Source: Azolla caroliniana (taxonomy: Eukaryota; Plantae; Polypodiophyta). Taken from it: 64,000 bases of DNA. The position numbers and the translations under genes are program-made. Location of the stretch: NCBI GenBank assembly GCA_043228905.1, contig JBHGNT010000020.1, positions 4,526,001 to 4,590,000 of the forward strand, read 5' to 3'. Below the pieces are notes generated by a model that was not told the DNA's origin, ran no database searches, and saw only the letters and a list, made by a program, of their open reading frames with translations. This document shows positions 36,330 to 46,254 of the stretch, in pieces (the stretch's first letter is position 1; every line of letters begins with the position of its first letter).

Positions 36330-37980
36330 TCCATCTAGATGTGATGCACTATGTTGAATTTTACTCTATACATTTAGAATTGGATGTAGTGCATCATATT
36401 CTTGTTGTAAGTCTTAGAATTTTTTTAAAATTTTCCATTAAAAAAATACTCTTGCATTTTCAACTAAGACATAATGCATTGCATCTAATTCTAGCTATAT
36501 AGACTAAAATATGATACATTGCATTGGATTTCAGTTGAAAATCCACTTTCAAAATATCTTTAAAAAATGAAAAAAATTTAAAAATGGATTTTCAGTAGAA
36601 ATCCGACGCACTGCATCAGATTGCAGTTGAAAGTCCACTTTTTCTTAATTGTTTCCGAATTTTCTTATTTTTTGTAATTTTGTTTAAATAAAACTCATAA
36701 ATTAATTAATTAAAATTCAAAAAATGGATTTTCAATAAAAATCCGATGTTGTGCATCGGATTTCAATTGAAAATCCACTTTTTCTTAGTTTTTGAATTTT
36801 TTTTGAATTTTTTTATTTTTCCCATAAAATAAATAAATAAAAACTAAAAAAATGTATTTTCAATGGAAATCTGATGCACTGCATTGGATTTCAATTAAAA
36901 GTCCATTTTTCTTATTTTGTTCCAAATTTTTCTTATTTTTTAAGTTTTTTTGATTTCTTTTTTAAAGTTTTTAATTTTTCCCATAAATAAATAAATAAAT
37001 ATTGAAAAAATGAATTTTCAATGGAAATGTGATGCACTACATCGGATTTAAGTTGAAAGTCTACTTTTTCCTATTTGTTTCCAAATTTTCTTAGTTTTTG
37101 AATTTTTTTTGTATTTTGTTTGAATTGTTTTATTTTTCCCATAAATAAATAAATAAAAATTGAAAAAATGGAATTTCAATGGAAATCTGATGCAGTGCAT
37201 CAGATTTCAGTTGAAAATCCACTTTTTCTTATTTGTTTTGATATTTTTTTATTTTATTTTTTTCTCTATAAAAACATTTTTAAAAATAAAAAAATCATGG
37301 ATTTTGGCCATTTAAAATGATGTATTTTTAACGGAAATCCGATGCACTGCATTGGATTTCCGTTAAAAGTTCAAGATTTTTCTTTTATTTTTTTCATTTA
37401 CCATGGATTTTCAACTGAAACCCGATGTAGTGCATCAGATTTTTGTTGAAAATGCAATATATTTTTTATTATTTCATTGTTTGATGAAAAAACTAAAAGA
37501 AATTTGGATTTTCAATTGAAATCCGATGCAGTGCATCAAATTTCAGTTGGAAATCCATTTTTTTAAATATTTTTATTTATTTGTCAAAAAAGTGAAAACA
37601 ATTGAAAAGAAAAAGGATTGTTAGCTAAAATCTAATGCACTACATCAATGTCTAGTTGTATAGACTACAATCCGATGTAGTGCATCGGATTTCAGTTGAA
37701 AAGCCATTTTTTATTATTTTGTATATGGAAAAAAAATATAAATAAATAAAAATACATTGAAAAAAGAAAAAAGAAGAATGGATTTTCGACTTTAATCCAA
37801 TGCATTGCATTGGATTCTAACTTTATAGACTAAAATACAATGTAGTGAATCGTATTTTAGTTGAAAATCCATTTATTTATTTTATATGGATTTTTTTTTT
37901 AAATTACAAAATTTAAAATAAATTTGGATTTTCAACTGGAATCCAGTGCATTGCATTGGATTCGAGTTGAAAATCCAAGA
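36330..37980. repeat. Array of about 13 degenerate ~53-bp palindromes separated by T-rich/A-rich spacers
   Basis: Approximate consensus TGGATTTTCAACTGAAATCCGATGCA(C/G)TGCATCGGATTTCAGTTGAAAATCCA. Confidence 0.9.
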
Positions 37981-39780
37981 TTTTTTATTTTTTCAAATTT
38001 TGAATGGGTTTTAGATTTGTTTTCTGACACGGGTATATAAAACTTGTCACATCAATTTAGTGTAACATTATAGTCTATTCTTAAGTTTGATGTTACATGT
38101 GCAATTTCATTCTATTGTCATGTACTACTACAACATGCGCCCTAAATATGTTTAGGAACTCTGTTGCATTAGAGATGAACCCTGAACAAGTTATTTTCAT
38201 CAAAATGAGGATCCAAGGTATTTGGGACTGTCCTGATCAAGACCAAGAAGTTGGGTGAAAGCATATCAATGAAACTGAGATGTTCCAGATGACTTCTAGA
38301 GAACCTATGGAACCTATAGATGAAGAAGCAGAGGACCTTGTTGAATTAGAAGACGTGTCAGAGTCTGAACATACTAACGATTCAACTTAGCGTATCGACG
38401 AAGCCAATGAAGACAATCATGATGAAAGAGCTAATCTTGAAGAGACAGCTTTACCAGACTTATTATTCGATTGAATGGATATGGCTTTTTGTAAATTTTG
38501 AATAATATGAATTGTTAAATTTTGACGTAATATAATTTTCGTGTAACACTGATTGAACTTAAAGATTAAGTATAATTTGTATGTGTACATGTTGTCTAAA
38601 GTCTCCTTTATCATTTGGGGTATATGGGAGATAAAATTATACTCTATCATTTACTCGTATGATTGGAATGTTATCGTAGACTAGTTTACTTATACATTGA
38701 CGGTGTCATGATCACGTGTCAATGGAAATTTTCTCTTGGCATAGTAGTATCTCTTAATTGCAAGGTTCACAATTTGCTTTAAGATATATTATATATAAAT
38801 ATACACACATAATTAGAAGAAGTCACTTACTCAGTGGAGTATCTGTTTTAGAATATGCACAAGGACTCATGTTATTATTATACTTGCATTGACGAATATA
38901 CCCCTGTCTAAGATTTGGACAAAAACATGGTAGATAGAATATACGTCTGATGATTTTGTTGACGTGATATTAGTTAGTTCTATTTTTCGCTATGTTTTCA
39001 TAAACCACATACGTATGCGTTGTCGTGAAGTACGAAAGCTTCACATTAAAAGTCTACAATAAGATAAATACGTAACTAAAATAACATTTGATAATGTTTT
39101 ATATATAAAGATAATATTAACAACACATATGATAATAATAGATATATATGTAAAGAAAAATAATATATATATATATATATAGATAAATATTTTATATTAC
39201 ATGAACAAGAGAGGAATTGAACCAATAACCCCACCCTATGACTCTCAAATCTTACCATTTACTCTATACTAGTAATATATATAAAATAAAGCATACTTTA
39301 TATTACATAAAGGATTTGCTTCATGATATAAAAATAAAGTTGTATGTTGTATTCAATGTTGGCCGGTCAGAGAAGGCAAATGGGAAAGCAAGGTCGGATC
39401 GGATAAATATAGAAATAGGAATAGAATTATTAGGAGGGACGGATCCGGTAGTTGTAACCGATCCGGATCCGAACCGATTCGGTTTCGGTTAACGGTTGCC
39501 TACCGAGCACCGATTGTAATCTGGCCGGATGCCTATAAAAGGATCCGATGTTTTGTAATGAAAGCGCGAAGAATTAATATAGTTTTGCTTATGCTGATTA
39601 ATCTTGTCTTCGTCTGTGCTTAAGTGTAATTATCATACGCGTGTATTAACATCCTATCCCTACCACCCCTTTGGAGAAGTGTCGGATAGACACCTGTGTT
39701 GCGGCTAGTCCAGCCATACATACAACACTATTTTGGCGACCACGATTCCTGCAGAGTGCAGAGGACAACCGGGGGGATGG

Positions 39781-42700
39781 ATGTCTAGACAAAATAACGA
39801 CCACATCACCGAAAGAGGGAGACGCCACGCCGAACGGCAGCGACGACGGGAAGCCCTGCAGCAAGCCGTCGACGAGATCCGGAGCGATCGGTCATTCTCA
39901 ACAACGCTTCGGCAAATCGCAGAAAACGCACTGCAGTTCCAGGTTCTACAAGCTTCCGACGAAGGCAGTAGCATAACCAGCCTCCAAGAAGCGGAGACAC
40001 TACTACAGACTCTCGCTGGCGGCGACGGGGACGCAGCGGCATTTGCAACATTAGAGGCGGATTCGGATAGCGGGGGAAGCGTGGGATCCCGCTATAAAAG
40101 CAGCTACGGGAACAACCCCTTTGAGTCGGATCACTCAGCAACATCGGAGCCAGAGGAGGAACTAACTCTGGAGTTCGGTGACCGGCAATCGCCGAGGAGG
40201 GAGGAACGGATACCAACACCACCCGCGGAGGAACCGCAGGAGCGGTTATCAACACCACCCGCGGAGGAACCGCAGGAGCGGATACCAACACCACCCGCGG
40301 AGGAACCGCAGGAGCGGATACCAACACCACCCGCGGAGGAACCGCAGGAGCGGATACCAACACCACCTGCGGAGGAACCGCAGGAGCGGAGACCGACATC
40401 AGAGGAACCAGCGCAGGAGAATCAGTGGGACGACACGATGCCGTATCCGTACCCAAAGTATCGGGATGAGCCCGACGGAGAGGCACATGTGTATGCATTC
40501 CTGCGAACATGGGAAGCCAACCACGTGTCCCAGAGACTGACGGAGGCCGAGGCCGACCGATCCAAAGTCGCCGAATTCGGCATGACATTAGAAGGACCGG
40601 CGGCCCGGTGGCACGACAAGCACTTACCAGGCAGCTTCGCCACGTTCGAGGCATTGAAAACCCAGTTTTTACGCTTGTTTCATAGACGAGTGGAACAAAG
40701 GGAATTGGTCGGACAATTCTACACCACTCGGCAGGGAGAAAACGAGACGGTCCCACAATTTATCGTTCGTTTCCAGACCTTGCACAGTCAATTAGCAAGA
40801 GCACCACCCGAAGAGGAGGCCAAGGCAGTGTTTTTGGCTGCGTTAAAAGACCCACTTCGAGCGATGTGTGGAATCATCGATTTCAGCACCAGCACAATGG
40901 ACCAAGTCATTGATCGGGTCCTGGAAATGGACACCACGAGCCCCTTCTTGCCGATGGGGGCGTTACACCAGGCGCTTCCGAAGGAGGAGGATCTCCGGTT
41001 CCGACAAGCCCTACAATGCACAACATGCCTAAATTCGGGGCACTCGACCGTCGACTGCACCCTGCGTGCACAGTGCATGATATGCAATTCTCGCGCCCAC
41101 ACAACGAACCAATGCGAGTATAACCTGTTAACTCGACAAGCGGCACCGGTCCGACACATAGAACCGCGCAATCGGGACCCGGAAGAGGATCGATTCCGGA
41201 GGGACGACCGCTACCGACGAGAGCGCGGCGACAGATACCCCGATAGAAGACGCGACAGCTATGACCGAGAGGAGAACCGAAGGGATAGCTACCCCCGGGA
41301 CCGGTACTACCGAGAGGAGAACCGAAGGGATAGCTACCCCCGGGACCGGTACGACCGAGAGGAGAACCGAAGGGATAGCCACCCCCGGGACCGGTACGAC
41401 CGAGACGAATCCCCGGAATACGAGCGACGAAGAGAAGAAAGGCGGCCAGGAAACCGGAATTTCCAATGGAACCAAAGGCGTGGATTCTTCCGTAGAGAGG
41501 AGCGTCGGGAGGCAACAAAGAATGACAAACCAGTAGCGGCACCGGAGAACCGAAAAACCGAGGACAACCGCCGGGGAATGCCCCTTCCCCAAACATGGGA
41601 AAAAGGAGAATCCAGCAACACGCACAGGGTGTATTGTTATTACTGCCGAAAAGAAGGGCATTACAGTAATCAATGCCCAAGCAAAACAGCCGACAAGCAG
41701 CCAGCAGTCAACATGGTGACAGCCGACGTACAGCAGGTTATCACGCGGTCGAAAGGGAAGGCCGCCGAATGGGAAGCCCAGGAAGCAATCAGAAAACAAG
41801 CGGCACAATGGATCAAAGAAGCCAACGAACAAGGTGCGGCGGAAGTAAGAAACCAAAATATGCCAAGGGAGGAAGAAATCGTACAGCCAGGAGAAAACCC
41901 GACATGGCAAGCACTACAAGATTGTCAGATCGTGCTGCCGTTGGCACGGTTACTGCAGTTGGTGCCGCGGTTCACAGCAGACTTACAAGCCGCCGTAAGC
42001 AAACCGACGCCGACGCCGGCACCGGCATTTTTCTCCAACCCGGAGGAAGGCCCAGCGGTGGTTGATACCAGTAGCCCAGCAATCACGACAATCGTCAAAG
42101 GAAAGGAGATTCCAGGAACAATTATTGACGGAGGCTCCGGGGTGAACGTCATTAGTCGACAGACATGCGACGACCTAGGCATCCAGGAGTGGGAACCATG
42201 CCCCTTCTGGTTACGCATGGCGGATACAAGCTCAGTCCGACCAACTGGTCTTATCCGGGACTTGGAAGTAACAATAGGAGGCCACGTATTCCGAATATCG
42301 GCCGTGGTACTAGAGCTGAATGTACAAGGCGCATATCCCCTACTGTTAGGACGACCATGGCTGCGAACGGCGCATATCAAGCAAAACTGGCAAAAGAATA
42401 TGATCACATTCCGACGAGGCAAAACAAAGGTACGGGTAGCCACGCAACCACGGGTGCTCACTAGCAAGGAGGCAACCCCTTTATATGCCGAAAGCATCAA
42501 CATGTTGGAGGGCTTACCGGATGAGGAAGTTGATCGGTACCTCGAGGAACACCCACAGATCGTTCCACTTTTTGAGGTGGATATCACGGCAGCAGTAGAG
42601 CCGTACATCACAATGCCGGACGAGCCGGACAAAGTGGCGATCCGGGAACTACGCCAAGCACAGGAAGCCCTAGAAAGAGAAATGACGATATCCCAAAGGG

Positions 42701-45654
42701 TGAAAGCATCCCAGCTGGAAGAGGTGGACCTCGGCACAACAGAACAACCCCGACCGGTAAAAGTCGCGAAGGAATTGCCGAAGGAGGAAAAACAGGCAAT
42801 GGTAGCACTGTTAACGGATTTCAAGGACGTGTTCGCATGGTCATACGAAGACATGCGAGGGTTGGACCCCCAGCTCTACCAGCACCAAATTCATCTAAGT
42901 ACTGACGCGAAGCCCATCGCTCAACGTCGGTACCGGATGAATCCAAACTATGCGGCAAAGGTGAAGGAGGAAATTGACAAGCTTCTCCGGGTCGGATTTA
43001 TCCGACCAGTCAAGCAGGCAACCTGGCTAAGCCCGATAGTGGTGGTCCCGAAAAAGAACGGCAAAATCCGGGTATGTGTGGACTACAGGAAACTAAATGC
43101 CGCGACAGTGACCGACGCTTTTCCACTACCATTCACGGACGGAGTGCTAGATGCGGTGGCCGGCCACGAAGTTTACAGCTTCCTGGACGGATTCAGCGGC
43201 TACAACCAAATCCGAATGAACCCGGCCGACCAAGAGAAAACAGCGTTCGTGACGGAATGGGGAGTGTTCGTCGCGGTCGTGATGATGTTCGGATTAAAGA
43301 CAGCCCCTGCAACATTTCAAAGGATAATTATGGAAATCTTCGGTGATTTTATTCCCGGTTTTATGCAGGTCTTCCTAGACGATTTCGCCGTCTACAGCCG
43401 ACACGGAGAACATCTCGATCACCTACGACTATGCTTAGAAAAGTGCCGCGAGTACCGATTAAGTCTGAACCCGGCTAAGTGCGTCTTTGGAGTCGCAAGC
43501 GGCAATTTGTTAGGCCACGTGGTGAGTCGAGAAGGAATCGCGGTAGATCCGGATAAGGTAAAAGCAATTCTCGACGCACCGGCACCGAATAGCGCAAAAG
43601 CTTTAAGCCGATTCCTTGGTCAAATAAGGTGGCATAGTCGGATGGTACGGCACCTTGCCGACTTTGCGACACCATTGCACGCTGCTGTACATAGAGTACC
43701 TTTCCAATGGACAGAAATGGAGGAGGCAGCGTACCAAGCGTTGAAGGTCATGCTGTCACAAGCTCCGGTGGTGCAGCCGCCGGACTGGAGTAAAAGCTTT
43801 CACGTCTTCGTCGACGCGTCGGACGTAGCAATCGGCAGTGTTTTGATGCAACTCACGGAACCGAAATGGTATCGGCCGGTGTACTACGCAAGCAGGAAAC
43901 TCTCGAAAGCCGAACGGAACTACTCTACAACGGAACGAGAGGCATTAGGAATGGTGTACAGCGTCACAAAGTACAGGCACTATCTGCTCGGACGAAAGTT
44001 CTCCTTCCACGTTGACCACTCGGCACTACTCTACCTGGTCTCAAAGGCAGCCCTGACAGGAAAACTCGCACGGTGGACGCTGCTATTACAGGAATTCGAA
44101 TTCGACATTTTCCACCGACCCGGGGTGCAGCATGCGGTAGCAGACTACCTGAGCAGACTAGAATCCGGAGAATCAGGGGACGGCGTACAGGATGAATTTC
44201 CCGACGCCGAGCTGTTTAAGGTCACGACGGCACCGGCAACGGAGACCACAGTAGCGGACGAAGACAAATGGTTAACCGAAATGCATCAGTTCCTGAGCAC
44301 CGGAGTTCCCCCGGAAAACTTGGACCGAGACGAACGGAAGAGGATGGCAGTACGGAGCAGACATTTCTGCTTGGTAGGAGACACCCTCTATCACAAGGGG
44401 GTAGATGGCGTATGGAGACGAGCAGTGCGGAGTGATGAAAAGGATCTGATCCTGAGGGAAGCCCACTGTGGAATTGCAGGCGGGCATTATGCCGGCGAAA
44501 CAACAGCCCGGAAGATATGGCAGAGCGGACTATGGTGGCCGACTACCATAAGAGATGCCGTTAAGTATAGCAGGGAATGCGACCTGTGTCAACGACTGGG
44601 CCAACCCACGGAGCAGGCCCGGATGCCACATCACCCGGTCTTGCCATTAGAACCATTCCAAAAGTGGGGCTTGGACTTTGTCGGTCCCTTTAAGCCACCG
44701 GCAACGCGGACCGGAAATCGGTATATAATAGTGGCTACCGACTACTGCACCAAATGGGTAGAAGCAAAGGCACTACGGGACAACACGGCGGCGTCCACGG
44801 CCAAATTTTTATATGAATGCATATGGTGTCGGTACGGATGCCCGATTGAGCTGATCAGTGACCAAGGAGGACATTTCCTCGGGCAGGTGGTGGAAAGTTT
44901 GACGTCATTCTATGCGGTAGTACACAAACGAAGCACTCCCTACTACCCTCAAGCCAACGGATTAGCGGAATCAACAAACAAAACGCTACAGAACATCCTT
45001 AGAAAAATCGTCAATGAGAACCGGACCGACTGGGACACGAAGTTGCAGAGCGTGCTGTGGGCGTACCGAACGGCGTACAAGACTAGCATCCGGACGACCC
45101 CGTTCCGACTGGCATTCGGCTTGGAAGCAGTCATGCCAGTAGAATTCCAAATTCCTAGCTTAAGAATACAGGTTAAGGAGCGGTTAAGCGAGAAGGAATC
45201 CGAACGAATCCGGCTGAAGATGCTGTTAGAACTGGAAGAAAATCGAATAGCCAGCCTACTACAGCTAGAACTAGAGCAAAGGAGGAGGAAAGCCTTTGTA
45301 GACCGACATCGGCGCGGTAACGAAAAGGAATTCGAAGTCGGGAAACCAGTATTGCTGTTCCAGACACGGATGGGGAACATGCCGGGGAAATTGCGATTTC
45401 GGTGGACCGGACCATTCTGGATCACAAAGGAGTACAATGGGTCTTACCAGCTCGGGACGTTGTCAGGAGAAGTTGTGGGTAAATGGGCAAATGGGTTTCG
45501 CCTAAAACCGTATAAAGGGCACATGCCAGCTAACCCCTTCAAGCAAAACCCGGAAAACCCGAATGGCGAGGAACCGACACCGACGCGTAACAACGACGAG
45601 GAACTGACAACAGTGCACACCGACCCGAACATATCGGGGGGAACCGAACAATGA
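39781..45654 (+). CDS. gag-pol: Gag-Pol polyprotein of A3
   Basis: Single ORF from ATG 39781 with all gypsy domains in PR-RT-RH-INT order. Confidence 0.97.
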   Translation: MSRQNNDHITERGRRHAERQRRREALQQAVDEIRSDRSFSTTLRQIAENALQFQVLQASDEGSSITSLQEAETLLQTLAGGDGDAAAFATLEADSDSGGSVGSRYKSSYGNNPFESDHSATSEPEEELTLEFGDRQSPRREERIPTPPAEEPQERLSTPPAEEPQERIPTPPAEEPQERIPTPPAEEPQERIPTPPAEEPQERRPTSEEPAQENQWDDTMPYPYPKYRDEPDGEAHVYAFLRTWEANHVSQRLTEAEADRSKVAEFGMTLEGPAARWHDKHLPGSFATFEALKTQFLRLFHRRVEQRELVGQFYTTRQGENETVPQFIVRFQTLHSQLARAPPEEEAKAVFLAALKDPLRAMCGIIDFSTSTMDQVIDRVLEMDTTSPFLPMGALHQALPKEEDLRFRQALQCTTCLNSGHSTVDCTLRAQCMICNSRAHTTNQCEYNLLTRQAAPVRHIEPRNRDPEEDRFRRDDRYRRERGDRYPDRRRDSYDREENRRDSYPRDRYYREENRRDSYPRDRYDREENRRDSHPRDRYDRDESPEYERRREERRPGNRNFQWNQRRGFFRREERREATKNDKPVAAPENRKTEDNRRGMPLPQTWEKGESSNTHRVYCYYCRKEGHYSNQCPSKTADKQPAVNMVTADVQQVITRSKGKAAEWEAQEAIRKQAAQWIKEANEQGAAEVRNQNMPREEEIVQPGENPTWQALQDCQIVLPLARLLQLVPRFTADLQAAVSKPTPTPAPAFFSNPEEGPAVVDTSSPAITTIVKGKEIPGTIIDGGSGVNVISRQTCDDLGIQEWEPCPFWLRMADTSSVRPTGLIRDLEVTIGGHVFRISAVVLELNVQGAYPLLLGRPWLRTAHIKQNWQKNMITFRRGKTKVRVATQPRVLTSKEATPLYAESINMLEGLPDEEVDRYLEEHPQIVPLFEVDITAAVEPYITMPDEPDKVAIRELRQAQEALEREMTISQRVKASQLEEVDLGTTEQPRPVKVAKELPKEEKQAMVALLTDFKDVFAWSYEDMRGLDPQLYQHQIHLSTDAKPIAQRRYRMNPNYAAKVKEEIDKLLRVGFIRPVKQATWLSPIVVVPKKNGKIRVCVDYRKLNAATVTDAFPLPFTDGVLDAVAGHEVYSFLDGFSGYNQIRMNPADQEKTAFVTEWGVFVAVVMMFGLKTAPATFQRIIMEIFGDFIPGFMQVFLDDFAVYSRHGEHLDHLRLCLEKCREYRLSLNPAKCVFGVASGNLLGHVVSREGIAVDPDKVKAILDAPAPNSAKALSRFLGQIRWHSRMVRHLADFATPLHAAVHRVPFQWTEMEEAAYQALKVMLSQAPVVQPPDWSKSFHVFVDASDVAIGSVLMQLTEPKWYRPVYYASRKLSKAERNYSTTEREALGMVYSVTKYRHYLLGRKFSFHVDHSALLYLVSKAALTGKLARWTLLLQEFEFDIFHRPGVQHAVADYLSRLESGESGDGVQDEFPDAELFKVTTAPATETTVADEDKWLTEMHQFLSTGVPPENLDRDERKRMAVRSRHFCLVGDTLYHKGVDGVWRRAVRSDEKDLILREAHCGIAGGHYAGETTARKIWQSGLWWPTTIRDAVKYSRECDLCQRLGQPTEQARMPHHPVLPLEPFQKWGLDFVGPFKPPATRTGNRYIIVATDYCTKWVEAKALRDNTAASTAKFLYECIWCRYGCPIELISDQGGHFLGQVVESLTSFYAVVHKRSTPYYPQANGLAESTNKTLQNILRKIVNENRTDWDTKLQSVLWAYRTAYKTSIRTTPFRLAFGLEAVMPVEFQIPSLRIQVKERLSEKESERIRLKMLLELEENRIASLLQLELEQRRRKAFVDRHRRGNEKEFEVGKPVLLFQTRMGNMPGKLRFRWTGPFWITKEYNGSYQLGTLSGEVVGKWANGFRLKPYKGHMPANPFKQNPENPNGEEPTPTRNNDEELTTVHTDPNISGGTEQ

Positions 45655-46111
45655 TGAGGCACAGATTTAAAAAAAATTAAAAAAAAATTAAAAAAAAATA
45701 AAAAATAAAAAAATAAAAAATAAAAAAATAAAAAAAATGATGACGTGGTGCTACGGTTAGAAATCAATGTAATGAAGGAAGTAGTTACAACCGTCACACG
45801 GGTGCACGAGCTATTTAAAGCGCAGAACGTGGGAGGCCGGTGTACAAGATTTAACACGCGCGGCAATCAAGGAGTCATAATGACAGACACATAGGAGATT
45901 CGACACACGCGCCAAAGAAGCGCAGGCATGACACGCGGCAGCAAAGGACAGACATGCTATTCATGACAGAGCATGCGCAGGCGCCATAAATAGGACATAC
46001 TATTCGAGGCAGAGGACGTGCAGACGCCGAAATTAAAAAGTAAGATGCTAATTATGGCAGAAGATACGCACGCGCGAAAAACAGGAAAAGGCGGCTCGAG
46101 GGAAACGCCAC

Positions 46112-46119
46112 TATATAAA
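46112..46119 (+). promoter_or_regulatory. Putative internal TATA box for ORF2
   Basis: CACTATATAA is conserved in A1 (14286), A3 and the diverged A2 (~27480), about 140 nt upstream of the conserved ATG. Confidence 0.55.
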
Positions 46120-46254
46120 GGAAGAACCGGGGAAGGGTTCACTTTTTACGAATTTTCCCACAAGCAAACGCAGGCTCATAACAGCAAGATCCGACGCGCA
46201 GAACACCTACACCCCGACCTCAGACCACAGGCAGCAGCAAACGAAGAAGAAGCG

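Noticed and set aside
36330-37980. Palindrome-spacer array as CRISPR
   Set aside because: The repeats are long and degenerate, the spacers are low-complexity and related to each other, and there are no cas genes.
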